Shown piece by piece: positions 16,412-25,311 of a DNA stretch of 64,000 nt. The translations under genes and the position numbers were made by a program. How positions within the stretch are numbered: the stretch's first letter is position 1; every line of letters starts with the position of its first letter. The DNA comes from an uncultured Actinomycetes bacterium (GTDB lineage Bacteria > Actinomycetota > Thermoleophilia > Gaiellales > Gaiellaceae), in the NCBI GenBank assembly GCA_963733135.1, contig CAVTBX010000005.1, forward strand, positions 77,450 through 141,449, in the 5' to 3' direction. Under the pieces are notes generated by a model. The model saw only the letters and a list, made by a program, of their open reading frames with translations, searched no databases and had not been told where the DNA came from.

Positions 16412-17568
16412 AGCGTCGACCCCGTAGGCGGCTTGACGATCGTGCGGATCACGAACTGGTAGACCTTCGTCCTGGAGGGGCCGAGCAGCGTTTCGGTGCT
16501 CGACTCCAGATCGACGACCGAGAGCTCGGGCAGCACGGCGAGACGCCCGAGCAGCCTGGCGACGGACTCCTGGCTCTTCGTATAGCCCTCGATCGTGAAC
16601 GCGCTCTCCGGGAGCGGGGTTCCCGCCGGCGCTGCGGGATCAGCCGAAGCACCCGCACCGCCCCCTGAAGCCGTGAGCTTCGTCAGGGAGATGTCGTCCG
16701 GCACGACGAGCGAGAACTCGCGCAGCAGACGATCCCAGGCGACACGCCGTCCAAGAGCGCCCGCGAGCGCAACCGTGCGGGCTTCTTCCTCCTGCTGAAG
16801 CTGCGTGTTCGCCTCGTCCTCGGGCGACGGGGCCGGGACGGCCGGATTCGGGCGGGCCGCGGCCGAGGCGCGCAGGCTGTCGGCCTCGGCGCGCTTGTCC
16901 GCGACGCTCGCGTGGAGCATCAGGAAGTACGCGCCGAGCGCTGCGAGGGCGATCAGCGCGACGACCGCGAGTACGAGCTGGGCTGTGTTCGGACGTCGGC
17001 CACGCCCCTCCCGCACGTCGTCCCGGGGGAGAAGATTGAACGCGCGCATGAGCGGCACGGCCGGTGTCGCCGGTGCTTCCCGGCGCGCACGGCGCGGCTC
17101 GCGAGGCATTTTCCCTCGCGCGCGCTTCTCGGCTCTCGCGGCCTCGCGCGTCTCCTGTCTGGCGGCGCGGCGCTCAGCGCGAGAGGGCTTCGGCGCACCG
17201 CGTTCCTTCGGCTCTTTGGGCGCCTTGGGCGCCTTCGAGCCGCCGTCCTTGCGGCGGAGCGAGAAGTTGATCTCCTTCCTCAGGACGCTCTGCTTCTCGG
17301 CAGATGCTTGCGCAGAATCGGTGGACGGGGGCGCCTTTGGGGCCTTGGGGGCTTTGGGCGCCTTGGAGGCGCCGGCCTTGCGACGGAGCGAGAAGTTGAT
17401 CTCCTTCTTCAGGACGCTCTGCTTCTCGGCGGGTGCCTCCGCCGGCCCGGCCGCGGCGTTGGCCGCGGACGCGTCAGGCTCGGGCGATGCCGCCTCGGGC
17501 TTCTTCGGCTTCCCCTTTCCTCGCGCGAAGAGGTCCGAGACCTTGATCTCCTTGTTCCAGTCGGGCAT
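16408..17568 (-). CDS. pilN: Pilus assembly protein PilN with a ~165-aa Lys/Pro/Ala-rich N-terminal extension
   Basis: The conserved PilN motif FNLLPRD is followed by a TM helix and a coiled coil. The N-terminal extension contains 43-aa tandem repeats. 1-nt overlap with pilM. Confidence 0.72.
   Translation of the reverse strand: MPDWNKEIKVSDLFARGKGKPKKPEAASPEPDASAANAAAGPAEAPAEKQSVLKKEINFSLRRKAGASKAPKAPKAPKAPPSTDSAQASAEKQSVLRKEINFSLRRKDGGSKAPKAPKEPKERGAPKPSRAERRAARQETREAARAEKRARGKMPREPRRARREAPATPAVPLMRAFNLLPRDDVREGRGRRPNTAQLVLAVVALIALAALGAYFLMLHASVADKRAEADSLRASAAARPNPAVPAPSPEDEANTQLQQEEEARTVALAGALGRRVAWDRLLREFSLVVPDDISLTKLTASGGGAGASADPAAPAGTPLPESAFTIEGYTKSQESVARLLGRLAVLPELSVVDLESSTETLLGPSRTKVYQFVIRTIVKPPTGSTL
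17205..17430 (-). repeat. Tandem 129-bp (43-aa) coding repeat inside pilN
   Basis: GGAGCGAGAAGTTGATCTCCTTC(C/T)TCAGGACGCTCTGCTTCTCGGC occurs at 17256 and 17385. It encodes AEKQSVL(K/R)KEINFSLRRK...SKAPKAPK. Confidence 0.85.
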
Positions 17569-18635
17569 CAGACGCCCATCCCGAGACCGATCGGAACGGC
17601 GGAATCGGGGCCGGGCTCGGCCTTGACCCGCTTGCCGAACGTCACGGCAACGGCCGGATCGCCGACCCGCACCGAGACGCCAATCATCTGCTGCACAGCG
17701 GCTGCGAGGCCCGGGAGCTGGGAGCCCCCACCGGCGAGAACGACCTCGCGGATCCCGAGCGAGCCTTCCTGCGACTGGTAGAACTGAAGCGACGAGACGA
17801 GCTCGCGGCCGAAGCTCTGGAGCCCGAGCGTGATCGCCTCACGGGCCTTCGCCGCCTGATCCGGCTCGAGCCCCTCGGGGAGTGCGCCGCCCTCCAGGGG
17901 AAGTTCCCGCTTGATCCGCTCGGCCTCGTCGACATCGACTTCGAGGGCGCGCGCGACAGCGCCGGTGAGCGAGGCTCCGCCCCACGCGAGGACACGCGTG
18001 AAGTCGCACGTCACGCCGTCCGAGACCGCCAGCGTCGAGCGTTCTGAGCCGACCGCGACCGCGACGAGGGCGGCCCGCTCGGTTCCCGGCGCGACCGCCA
18101 CGTCGGCCGGCGGAAGGAGCGACCGAAGGAGGGCGAAGGCTTCCAGGTCGATCCCGACGAGCTTCACCCCGGCCGCCTTGCAGGCCTGCGTGTAGCCCGA
18201 GATCAGATCGCGATAGGCGACGACCAGGAGCACCTTCTTTCGCGGGAGCCCCTCTGGGTCGCAGTCCTCGGAGAGAACCTGGTAGTCCAGCACCGCCTGG
18301 TCGAGCGGTATCGGCAGCGCCTCCTGGGCGCGGAACCGCACGGCGTTCGCGACTTGCTTCGGGTCGGCGATGCCCTCGAGCTCGATCGTCCGGACGCCGA
18401 TCCGGTTGTTGGCGACACCGACCCGGACGGCCCGCTTCGGGAGCTTGTGCTTCCGGAAGAACGACTTCAGGGCCTGGCCGAGAGCCTCGACCTCTCTCAC
18501 TTCGCCGCCCATCACGATGCCGCGCGGGAGCGGCTCAGAGGCGATCTGGTGCACCTCGACAGAGCCGTTGACGGACACGCGGGCAGCGACCAGCCGCGAC
18601 GCCCCGATCTTCAGTCCGACGATCTCGCGGGCCAC
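17568..18635 (-). CDS. pilM: Pilus assembly ATPase-like protein PilM (actin/FtsA fold)
   Basis: 355 aa with a PilM_2-like sequence (VGLKIGASRL...VLAGGGSQLPGL). GTG start directly after the pilT stop. Confidence 0.9.
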   Translation of the reverse strand: MAREIVGLKIGASRLVAARVSVNGSVEVHQIASEPLPRGIVMGGEVREVEALGQALKSFFRKHKLPKRAVRVGVANNRIGVRTIELEGIADPKQVANAVRFRAQEALPIPLDQAVLDYQVLSEDCDPEGLPRKKVLLVVAYRDLISGYTQACKAAGVKLVGIDLEAFALLRSLLPPADVAVAPGTERAALVAVAVGSERSTLAVSDGVTCDFTRVLAWGGASLTGAVARALEVDVDEAERIKRELPLEGGALPEGLEPDQAAKAREAITLGLQSFGRELVSSLQFYQSQEGSLGIREVVLAGGGSQLPGLAAAVQQMIGVSVRVGDPAVAVTFGKRVKAEPGPDSAVPIGLGMGV

Positions 18636-19778
18636 CTAGTTCACCGCCCGCAGGCTGGAGGCGTCGACGCCGCCTCGCTTCAGGATTCCCTCGAGCTGGT
18701 CGGGACGGCTCGAGCGCGCGAGCGCGACCTCGACCGAGACGATGCCCTTCATCACGAAGTCGGCGAGGTTCTGCTCGAGGGTCTGCATGCCGCGCTGCGT
18801 GCCGGTCTGCATGACCGAGTAGATCTGCTCGACCTTCGCCTGGCGAATCAAGTTCCGGACGGCGTCGTCTGGGAAGAGGATCTCGACCGCGGCGACCCGG
18901 CCGCTGCCGTCGAGACGCGGGAGGAGCGTCTGGGTCACGACGCCCTGGAGCGTGGCCGCGATCTGGACGCGCACCTGCTCCTGCTGAGCCGCCGGGAAGA
19001 CATCGATCAGACGGTCGACTGTCGACGGCGCGTCCTGCGTGTGGAGCGTCGCGAAGACGAGGTGGCCGGTCTCGGCCGCGGTCAGGGCGGTCGCGATGGT
19101 CTCGAGGTCGCGCATCTCGCCGAGAAGAATCACGTCGGGGTCCTGGCGGAGCGCGCCACGGAGAGCATCGGCGAAGCTGGTTGCGTCCGGGCCGATCTCC
19201 CGCTGGTTGACGATGCAGCGCTTATGCCGGTGGAGGAACTCGATCGGGTCCTCGATGGTCATGATGTGGTCGGCCCGCGACTCGTTGATCTCGTCGATGA
19301 GCGCCGCGAGCGTGGTCGACTTGCCGGAGCCGGTCGGGCCCGTGACGAGCACCAGGCCGCGGGGGCGCTTGCCGAGCTCCGAGATCGATTGCGGCATGCC
19401 GAGGTCGGTGAGCGTCTTCAGCTCGGCCGGGATCATCCGGAAAGCCGCGCCGAGGCTTTCCCGCTGGAAGTAGACATTCACGCGGAAGCGCGCGAGGCCG
19501 GGGATCGAGTACGAGACGTCGATCTGGCGCTTGATCTCGAGGTGCTTCTGCTGCTCGGTGGAGAGGATCCGGTAGAGCAGCCGCTGGGTCTCGTCCGGCA
19601 TCAGCCGGTCGAACTCCTTCAGGCGCTCGAGCTGGCCCATCACGCGCACGGTCGGCTCAGCGCCGACGGTGACGTGCAGGTCCGAGGATCCGCGCGCGAC
19701 CATCTGCTCGAGCAGATCGTCGATCGAGCGGACCGCTCGAGGCTCTGTAACTCCATGCGCTGCGTACGTGGCTTCCAT
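18636..19778 (-). CDS. pilT: Twitching-motility retraction ATPase PilT
   Basis: ATG at 19778 with a GGAGGGAG RBS. Walker A GPTGSGKST, Asp box, Walker B VILLGEMRD and His box TLHT are present. 380 aa. Confidence 0.9.
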   Translation of the reverse strand: MEATYAAHGVTEPRAVRSIDDLLEQMVARGSSDLHVTVGAEPTVRVMGQLERLKEFDRLMPDETQRLLYRILSTEQQKHLEIKRQIDVSYSIPGLARFRVNVYFQRESLGAAFRMIPAELKTLTDLGMPQSISELGKRPRGLVLVTGPTGSGKSTTLAALIDEINESRADHIMTIEDPIEFLHRHKRCIVNQREIGPDATSFADALRGALRQDPDVILLGEMRDLETIATALTAAETGHLVFATLHTQDAPSTVDRLIDVFPAAQQEQVRVQIAATLQGVVTQTLLPRLDGSGRVAAVEILFPDDAVRNLIRQAKVEQIYSVMQTGTQRGMQTLEQNLADFVMKGIVSVEVALARSSRPDQLEGILKRGGVDASSLRAVN

Positions 19779-19795
19779 GGCTCCCTCCGCGCCAC

Positions 19796-19823
19796 CTATC
19801 GGCAGGCACACGACGCCTCTTGA
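19796..19823 (-). promoter_or_regulatory. Sigma-28-type promoter of the pilT-pilMNOP operon
   Basis: Minus strand reads TCAAG-N15-GCCGATAG, then 17 nt containing the SD, then the ATG. Confidence 0.65.
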
Positions 19824-19872
19824 GCGGGATCTCAAATCCCTCTTTCGGGTGCCGGGCCGGCGGCTCCGAAAC

Positions 19873-19880
19873 GCCGATAG
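19873..19880 (+). promoter_or_regulatory. GCCGATAG -10-like element upstream of pilA (no matching -35)
   Basis: The same 11-mer CGCCGATAGAG occurs upstream of ORF21430 and pilD. It lies 45 nt before the pilA ATG, which has its own AAGGAGG SD. Confidence 0.45.
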
Positions 19881-19925
19881 AGGCAGTCGAGCCAATTGCC
19901 TACGCCAACAAGGAGGAGCGACTAC

Positions 19926-20324
19926 ATGCTCATCGACCGGCTCAGGAAGCGGATTACGCGCGGTAACTCGGAGAGTGGTTTCACGCTCATCGAGCTCCTC
20001 GTCGTGATCATCATCATCGGGATCCTCCTCGCCATCGCGATCCCGTCGTACCTCAAGTTCCGCGATCGCGCGAACGACCAGGCCGCGAGGGCCAACGTCC
20101 GCGCAGCTGTCCCCGGCGTCGAGGCGTACTTCGCAGACAACGGCACGTACGTCGGCGTCAACCTGGCCGGCCTGCAGGCGTCTTACGATGCAGGTATCAA
20201 GAACGTCAGCTTCGGAACGCTGACCGCGACCACGTACTGCGTGCAGAACGTCGCGGCGGCCACAGGCCAGAAGCAGTGGCACCTGAACGGCCCCGGTGGC
20301 GACATCGTCACGGGTCCCTGCTAG
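19926..20324 (+). CDS. pilA: Type IV major pilin
   Basis: AAGGAGG RBS. An 18-aa leader ends in G, followed by FTLIELLVVIIIIGILLAIAIP with Glu at +5. A C-terminal Cys pair is present (YC...GPC). 132 aa. Confidence 0.9.
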   Translation: MLIDRLRKRITRGNSESGFTLIELLVVIIIIGILLAIAIPSYLKFRDRANDQAARANVRAAVPGVEAYFADNGTYVGVNLAGLQASYDAGIKNVSFGTLTATTYCVQNVAAATGQKQWHLNGPGGDIVTGPC

Positions 20325-20344
20325 TTCAGGCTCTGGTTCGGTAC

Positions 20345-20380
20345 GAGAGGGCGCGGGAGACCGCGCCCTCTCTCTTTAAT
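20345..20380 (+). terminator. Rho-independent terminator after pilA
   Basis: Perfect 12-bp stem GAGAGGGCGCGG-GAGA-CCGCGCCCTCTC, followed by TCTTTAAT. Confidence 0.7.
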
Positions 20381-20392
20381 ACGCGCGAGATC

Positions 20393-20420
20393 TCAAGACG
20401 GCCTCACGCCGAGCCGATTC
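20393..20420 (+). promoter_or_regulatory. Sigma-28-type promoter of ORF 20428
   Basis: TCAAG-N15-GCCGATTC, then 7 nt to the ATG (leaderless-like). Confidence 0.65.
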
Positions 20421-20427
20421 CTTCCGT

Positions 20428-21420
20428 ATGACGAGCGCCCTCGCGAGATTCTGGTGGCTCCCCGCGTTCGTGGGCGCCGGGCTCGTCGCGACCATGGATC
20501 GCCACGGGGACGCGGGCGACGTGATCTTCTTCGCGCATACCGGCGAGGCGCTCTGGGAGCCCGCCTGGGTCGACCTCTTCGCAGACCCGGTGCTCCAGAG
20601 CGGGCCGCTCCAGCTCGCGGCGCTCGGGACGCTGTCGAAGCTCGCCGACGGAATCGGCGTCTCGCTCGGCTTCGTTCTCGCCTATGCGGTCGAGCTGGGC
20701 TCCATGGCCGCGATCCTTCTCGTCCTGCGCAGGATCACCGCCAAGCGGCTGCTCCTTCTCGCCGCCTCCGTTGCCGCACTCGTCCTCGGGCTGGCGCAGT
20801 CCGCCTACCTGGACGGACATCCCGCGCAGCTCCTCGTGCCGCTCCTCTGGGTGGTCGCGGGGCTGGCGCTACGCCGCGGTGAGGGCGGCTGGGCAGGAGT
20901 CCTCGTCGGTCTCTCCGCCGGCCTCGAGCTGTGGGGCCTGCTCGGGATCTGCATCTTCGCGGCTGCGCCATCCCGGCGCGCCGCTGTTCAGGGCCTGGTT
21001 GGGGCAGGAGTCGTGGCCGGCGTCCTCTTTGCGCCGTTCGTCCTCTTCGGCGACTTCGCGATGTTCGAGTTCGAGTGGACGGTCGCCGCGGGAACGCTGG
21101 TGTCGCTCTTCGTCGAGCCGGGCTCCTCGTATGAGTGGGCCGTGCGGCTGGTTCAAGCCGCCGCCGCGGTTGGGGCCGGAGCCGGGGTCGCCTGGGTGCT
21201 CCGAGGCCGAAGCTCGGTGATCTGGGCCGCACCACTCGCTGCCGTGCTCGTGCGGCTTCTCTTCGATCCGGTCTTCTACGCGGCCTACCTGCTCGCCCCC
21301 CTCACACTCGCGCTCGTCGCCGCTCTCGAGTTCCCGACCGGAGACCTGATCCGCGAGGCTCGAACGGCCCGGACGGCCAGGCGCGCGCCTGGTCAAGCTC
21401 CGGCTGCAATCCGCCGATAG
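20428..21420 (+). CDS. Polytopic integral membrane protein of unknown function (about 9 TM)
   Basis: 330 aa, very hydrophobic. An acidic first loop is present (DRHGDAGD). It lies immediately downstream of pilA and has its own pilus-type promoter. Confidence 0.6.
   Translation: MTSALARFWWLPAFVGAGLVATMDRHGDAGDVIFFAHTGEALWEPAWVDLFADPVLQSGPLQLAALGTLSKLADGIGVSLGFVLAYAVELGSMAAILLVLRRITAKRLLLLAASVAALVLGLAQSAYLDGHPAQLLVPLLWVVAGLALRRGEGGWAGVLVGLSAGLELWGLLGICIFAAAPSRRAAVQGLVGAGVVAGVLFAPFVLFGDFAMFEFEWTVAAGTLVSLFVEPGSSYEWAVRLVQAAAAVGAGAGVAWVLRGRSSVIWAAPLAAVLVRLLFDPVFYAAYLLAPLTLALVAALEFPTGDLIREARTARTARRAPGQAPAAIRR
21393..21420 (+). promoter_or_regulatory. Sigma-28-type promoter of ORF 21430 (inside the 3' end of the preceding gene)
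   Basis: TCAAG-N15-GCCGATAG, then 9 nt to the ATG. Confidence 0.6.
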
Positions 21421-21429
21421 AGACGGGGT

Positions 21430-22335
21430 ATGCGGCAAGAGCTACGTCTCCGTGTGCTGATCCCGATCGCCGTCGTGGCCCTGCTCGGCCTCGGTGTCGG
21501 GGCCATGGCGTTCACGGGCACCCCCGAGGAGGAGCCTCTGCCGGCGCCGGTACCCCCGGCCTCGACCGGCCAGGACAGGGTGAAGAAGGACAAAGAGCCG
21601 AGCGCAAAGACGCAGAAGAGGCAGCTGACGAAGCAGGAGCGCGCGGCCGAGCGAGTCGCCCGCATGGAGTGGCGGAAGGCCGCGAACCAGATCTGCGCCG
21701 GCCTCAATGCCCAGGTCGCCGAGCTCAGCGAGCCGCAGAGCCCCGAAGACATCCTTGTGGTGCTCCCCGAGACCGTCGCCCTCGCCGAGTCCGCGCTCAC
21801 ACGGCTCCAGCCGCTTCAGCCTGCCAAGGCAGACGCGCGCAAGGTCGCCGCGATGCTCGACGAGTTCGCCGCGTTCGTCCGGCTCGAGAAGGCCGCCTCC
21901 GAGGCGCTCACGAACCAGGACGTCGCGCGCTTCACGAAGCTGAACGCACGCGCTTTCCGGCACAACGACCGTGGCAGCGCGATCGCGCGCCGGCTCGGCG
22001 CCAGGGCCTGCGCTGCCGGCTCGTCGGCCGACTCGGCGCTCGAACGCGAGCTCGAGCGTCACAAGGTCGTCGTCGCAGTCCTCTACACGCCCGACGCAGC
22101 GCTCGACAGCCTGCTCGTCCGCGAAGCGCGGGCGGGCGCCGCCGACGTACGGGTGGGCTTCGTCGGGATCACACCGGCAGACACGCGCTCGGCCGCGCTC
22201 CTCGCGAAGCGCTACAACGTACGAGCCGCTCCGGCGGTCCTGATCTTCGTCCGCTGGCGCGGCGCCGTGACGACGTTCACGGACTACGTCGACCGCGAGA
22301 CGATCGCCCAGGCCGCGGAGAACGCCGGGCTGTGA
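21430..22335 (+). CDS. Membrane-anchored hypothetical protein
   Basis: N-terminal TM (VLIPIAVVALLGLGVGAMAF), a charged linker and a helical region. The C-terminal ~90 aa look thioredoxin-fold-like but lack CXXC. Confidence 0.55.
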   Translation: MRQELRLRVLIPIAVVALLGLGVGAMAFTGTPEEEPLPAPVPPASTGQDRVKKDKEPSAKTQKRQLTKQERAAERVARMEWRKAANQICAGLNAQVAELSEPQSPEDILVVLPETVALAESALTRLQPLQPAKADARKVAAMLDEFAAFVRLEKAASEALTNQDVARFTKLNARAFRHNDRGSAIARRLGARACAAGSSADSALERELERHKVVVAVLYTPDAALDSLLVREARAGAADVRVGFVGITPADTRSAALLAKRYNVRAAPAVLIFVRWRGAVTTFTDYVDRETIAQAAENAGL

Positions 22336-22613
22336 AGAAGTCTGCGGCGCGGGTCCCCGCGGTCGAAGGCGCTCAGGTCGAGCAGAAGCTGCCGATGCAA
22401 TCCGCGCGCAAGGACGGCCGCCAGGTCGTGACGCTCCGCTGCGTCGAGTCGGACGGCGAGTACGTCGTGGACGCCGAGGTCTATCCCGTCTCGGGCCTTC
22501 GGGTCGATCCCCTCCGCCCTGGGCCGTACCGCTTTCCCTCGCTCGTACAGGCGAAGGCCTTCGTGGACGAGGCGATGCAGGCCCTGGCCTTTCTCGGCTG
22601 CGAAACCGCGTAG
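22332..22613 (+). CDS. Small hypothetical protein
   Basis: GTG start overlapping the previous stop (GTGA). Only the last ~93 codons of shadow-like ORF 21135..22613 look protein-like. Confidence 0.35.
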   Translation: MKKSAARVPAVEGAQVEQKLPMQSARKDGRQVVTLRCVESDGEYVVDAEVYPVSGLRVDPLRPGPYRFPSLVQAKAFVDEAMQALAFLGCETA

Positions 22614-22670
22614 AGAACTGAAACGGCCACGGCCGGGGGACTGTCCCCTTGGCATGGCTCAGTAGGACGA

Positions 22671-24479
22671 TCAGATGAGGACGCGGCCTAGCTCTTCGAG
22701 ACTCGTAAGGCCTGAGGCGGCCTTGGCGAGGCCGTCGTCCCAGAGCATCTTCATGCCGCTCTCCATGGCCGCTCGCTCGAGGTCCTCGCGGCTCGCGTGC
22801 CGGGCAGCGAGCGCGCCGAGCTCCTCCGTCATGACCATGAGCTGGTAGACGCCGATCCGGCCCTTGTAGCCCGTCTGCCCGCACCGGGGGCAGCCGCGCT
22901 TGCGATAGAGGCTGATGCCGTCTGCGGCCGCCACCTGCTCGGGCGAGAAGCGGGCCGCGAGCATCTCCTCGCGCGTCGGGATGTACATCTCGCAACAGTG
23001 CGTGCAGAGCTTCCGCGCGAGTCGCTGGGCCAGCACCGCTGAGACAGCTGCGCCGGTCAAGAACGGCTCGACACCCATCTCGTTGAGCCGCGTCAGAGCG
23101 GCCGGAGCATCGTTCGTGTGGAGCGTCGAGAGCACGAAGTGACCGGTGAGTGCCGCCTCGATCGCCATCTTGGCCGTCTCGACGTCGCGGATTTCGCCGA
23201 CCATCACGACGTCGGGATCGGAACGCAGGATCGAGCGGAGCGCCGCCGAGAACGTCATTCCGGCTCGGGGATTGACCTGCACCTGGTTCAAGCCCGCGAG
23301 CCGGTACTCGACCGGGTCCTCGACGGTGATGATGTTGACCTCGGCGCGGTTGATCTCCGCGAGCGACGCGTAGAGCGTCGTCGACTTACCGGAGCCGGTC
23401 GGCCCGGTGACGAGCAGCGCGCCCGTCGGCTTGCGGATGATCTCCTCGAGCTGAGCGCGCATGTCGTCTGCCAGACCAAGCTCTTCGAGGGTCGGCGCCT
23501 TCTTCGACTTGTCGAGGAGGCGCATGACGATCATCTCGCCCTCGACGCTCGGGAGCACAGCGACACGGATGTCGAGCAAGCGCCCGGCCGCCTTCGCGGA
23601 CAGCGAGATGCGCCCGTCCTGCGGCTTTCGCCGCTCGGCGATGTCGAGCTTCGCGAGCACCTTGAGGCGTGTCGTCACGGCCATCGAGAGCCGCTTCGGG
23701 ATCCGCTGCACCTCGTGGAGAACACCGTCGACCCTGAGCCGAACGACGAGCGCGTCCTCCTGCGGGTCGAAATGGACGTCCGAGGCGCCGTCCTCGGCCG
23801 CCTGGAGGATGATCGAGTTCACGAGCCGGACGAGCGGCGCATCGGAGACCCCGTCGTCCGCTTCGAGATCGTCCTCGTCGTCGGATTCCGTCTCGACCTC
23901 GAGCTCGTCTTCGACGAGCGCCGCACGCTCCCACGCCTCGCTCTGGCGGATCTTGCGCCGGAGCTCGATCTCGATGTCCTCGCGCGGCGCAACCCCGATC
24001 TCGAGCGTGTGGCGGGTCGCGAGGCGAAGCTCGTCGACCGTCTGGATGTTCGACGGGTCGGCGATTGCGATCTTCAGGACGTTGCCCTCCAGCGCGTACG
24101 GCAGGGCGACCGCGCGCTCGAGCACGTGCGTCGGAATCTCGTCGAGCGCGGCCTTGTCGATCCCGACCGCGGAAAGGTCGACGAACGGCATGTGATGCGT
24201 GGAGGCGAGCACGCGCGCCAGGCCGGACCCGGGCGCGGCGCCTTCGTCGACGAGTGCCTTCGCGAGCGAGCCGGTGCCGGCGCGCGAGCGAGCCTGCGCC
24301 AGCCGGTCGGGGGCGATCAGCCCAGTCGTCTCGAGGAGATCGGCGACGAGCTCGGTGATCGGGTTCGGCGCGATGCCTGCGCCACGCAGAGGCTCGCCCG
24401 AGATCTCGGGCAGCCGTGACCCCTCACCGCTCGTGCCGGCGCCGGGCCCCCTGATCTGATGCAGATCGTCGAACTCCAC
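22671..24479 (-). CDS. pilB: Type IV pilus assembly (extension) ATPase PilB/GspE
   Basis: 602 aa. Contains an N-terminal MshEN/GSPII domain, Walker A GPTGSGKST and the tetracysteine motif CTHCC...CPRC. Confidence 0.92.
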   Translation of the reverse strand: MEFDDLHQIRGPGAGTSGEGSRLPEISGEPLRGAGIAPNPITELVADLLETTGLIAPDRLAQARSRAGTGSLAKALVDEGAAPGSGLARVLASTHHMPFVDLSAVGIDKAALDEIPTHVLERAVALPYALEGNVLKIAIADPSNIQTVDELRLATRHTLEIGVAPREDIEIELRRKIRQSEAWERAALVEDELEVETESDDEDDLEADDGVSDAPLVRLVNSIILQAAEDGASDVHFDPQEDALVVRLRVDGVLHEVQRIPKRLSMAVTTRLKVLAKLDIAERRKPQDGRISLSAKAAGRLLDIRVAVLPSVEGEMIVMRLLDKSKKAPTLEELGLADDMRAQLEEIIRKPTGALLVTGPTGSGKSTTLYASLAEINRAEVNIITVEDPVEYRLAGLNQVQVNPRAGMTFSAALRSILRSDPDVVMVGEIRDVETAKMAIEAALTGHFVLSTLHTNDAPAALTRLNEMGVEPFLTGAAVSAVLAQRLARKLCTHCCEMYIPTREEMLAARFSPEQVAAADGISLYRKRGCPRCGQTGYKGRIGVYQLMVMTEELGALAARHASREDLERAAMESGMKMLWDDGLAKAASGLTSLEELGRVLI

Positions 24480-24488
24480 CTGATCTCG

Positions 24489-24516
24489 TTATCGGCCTAC
24501 GGGGCGAGATCCCTGA
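24489..24516 (-). promoter_or_regulatory. Sigma-28-type promoter of pilB
   Basis: Minus strand reads TCAGG-N15-GCCGATAA (an exact sigma-28 -10 consensus), then 9 nt to the GTG. Confidence 0.65.
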
Positions 24517-24551
24517 GAGGGGGGATCGACAGCGCGGACCTCGCCGCGCGG

Positions 24552-25304
24552 CTAGAAGCCTGCGAGGTACGCGTCGAGCATCTGCTCGCCCGCGAAGAGG
24601 GCGACGACGGCGCCGAGCGCCAGGAACGGCCCGAACGGAATCCCCATCTTGCGGGCCGCGAGCCCGTGCCTGGCGAGCAAGAAGACCGCCGGGACGAGGG
24701 CAGCGACCATGCCGATCATCAGCCCGACAGTCACGGTCTTACCAAGCATCGCGCCGAGGAGGAGGGCGAGCTTGACGTCGCCCATTCCCATCCCGGCCGG
24801 ATAGGCGAGGAGCGCGAGGAAGAGAAAGAGCGAGGCGCCGAGCGACCCGGCCACCCACTCGACCGTACGATCGGGCTGAAGAGCGACGTGGGTTACGAGC
24901 ACGACGCCAAAGGACGGAAGGACGATCAGGTCGGGCAGGATCCGGCGCTCGACGTCGATTGCCGAGAGCGCGACCAAGACGGCGCAGAAGAACGCTGCGA
25001 CGAACGCCTCACCGGTCAGCCCGAACCGGAAGAAGCAGGCTGCGGCGAGAACGGCTGTCCCGAGCTCGACGACGACATAGCGGACGCCGATGGGCGCCCC
25101 GCACGCCCGGCAACGGCCGCGAAGCGCGACGTAGGAGACGAGCGGGACGTTGTCGTACCAGGCGATCTCGCGCGCGCATGACAGGCACGCCGAGCGCGGC
25201 CTGACGAGCGAGCGGCGCTCGGGGAGCCGTGCGACGAGGACGTTCAGGAAGCTCCCGACGGCAAGTGCGGGCGCGAAGACGAGTCCGGCGAGGGCGAGCT
25301 CCAC
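24552..25304 (-). CDS. pilD: Prepilin peptidase / N-methyltransferase PilD (A24 family)
   Basis: Only the C-terminal 250 aa of ORF 24552..26258 are PilD-like (CLSC...CRAC zinc motif, catalytic GMGMGDVKL). GTG at 25304. Confidence 0.82.
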   Translation of the reverse strand: MELALAGLVFAPALAVGSFLNVLVARLPERRSLVRPRSACLSCAREIAWYDNVPLVSYVALRGRCRACGAPIGVRYVVVELGTAVLAAACFFRFGLTGEAFVAAFFCAVLVALSAIDVERRILPDLIVLPSFGVVLVTHVALQPDRTVEWVAGSLGASLFLFLALLAYPAGMGMGDVKLALLLGAMLGKTVTVGLMIGMVAALVPAVFLLARHGLAARKMGIPFGPFLALGAVVALFAGEQMLDAYLAGF

Positions 25305-25311
25305 CCTCTCT

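Noticed and set aside
19881-19925. Possible sigma-54 promoter for pilA, as in many proteobacteria
   Set aside because: No TGGCAC-N5-TTGC-like element is present between the GCCGATAG box and the SD.
22634-22662. Hairpin between the convergent ORF22332 and pilB as a terminator
   Set aside because: Only a 5-bp GGGGA/TCCCC stem is perfect, and there is no U-tract. This is too weak to call.
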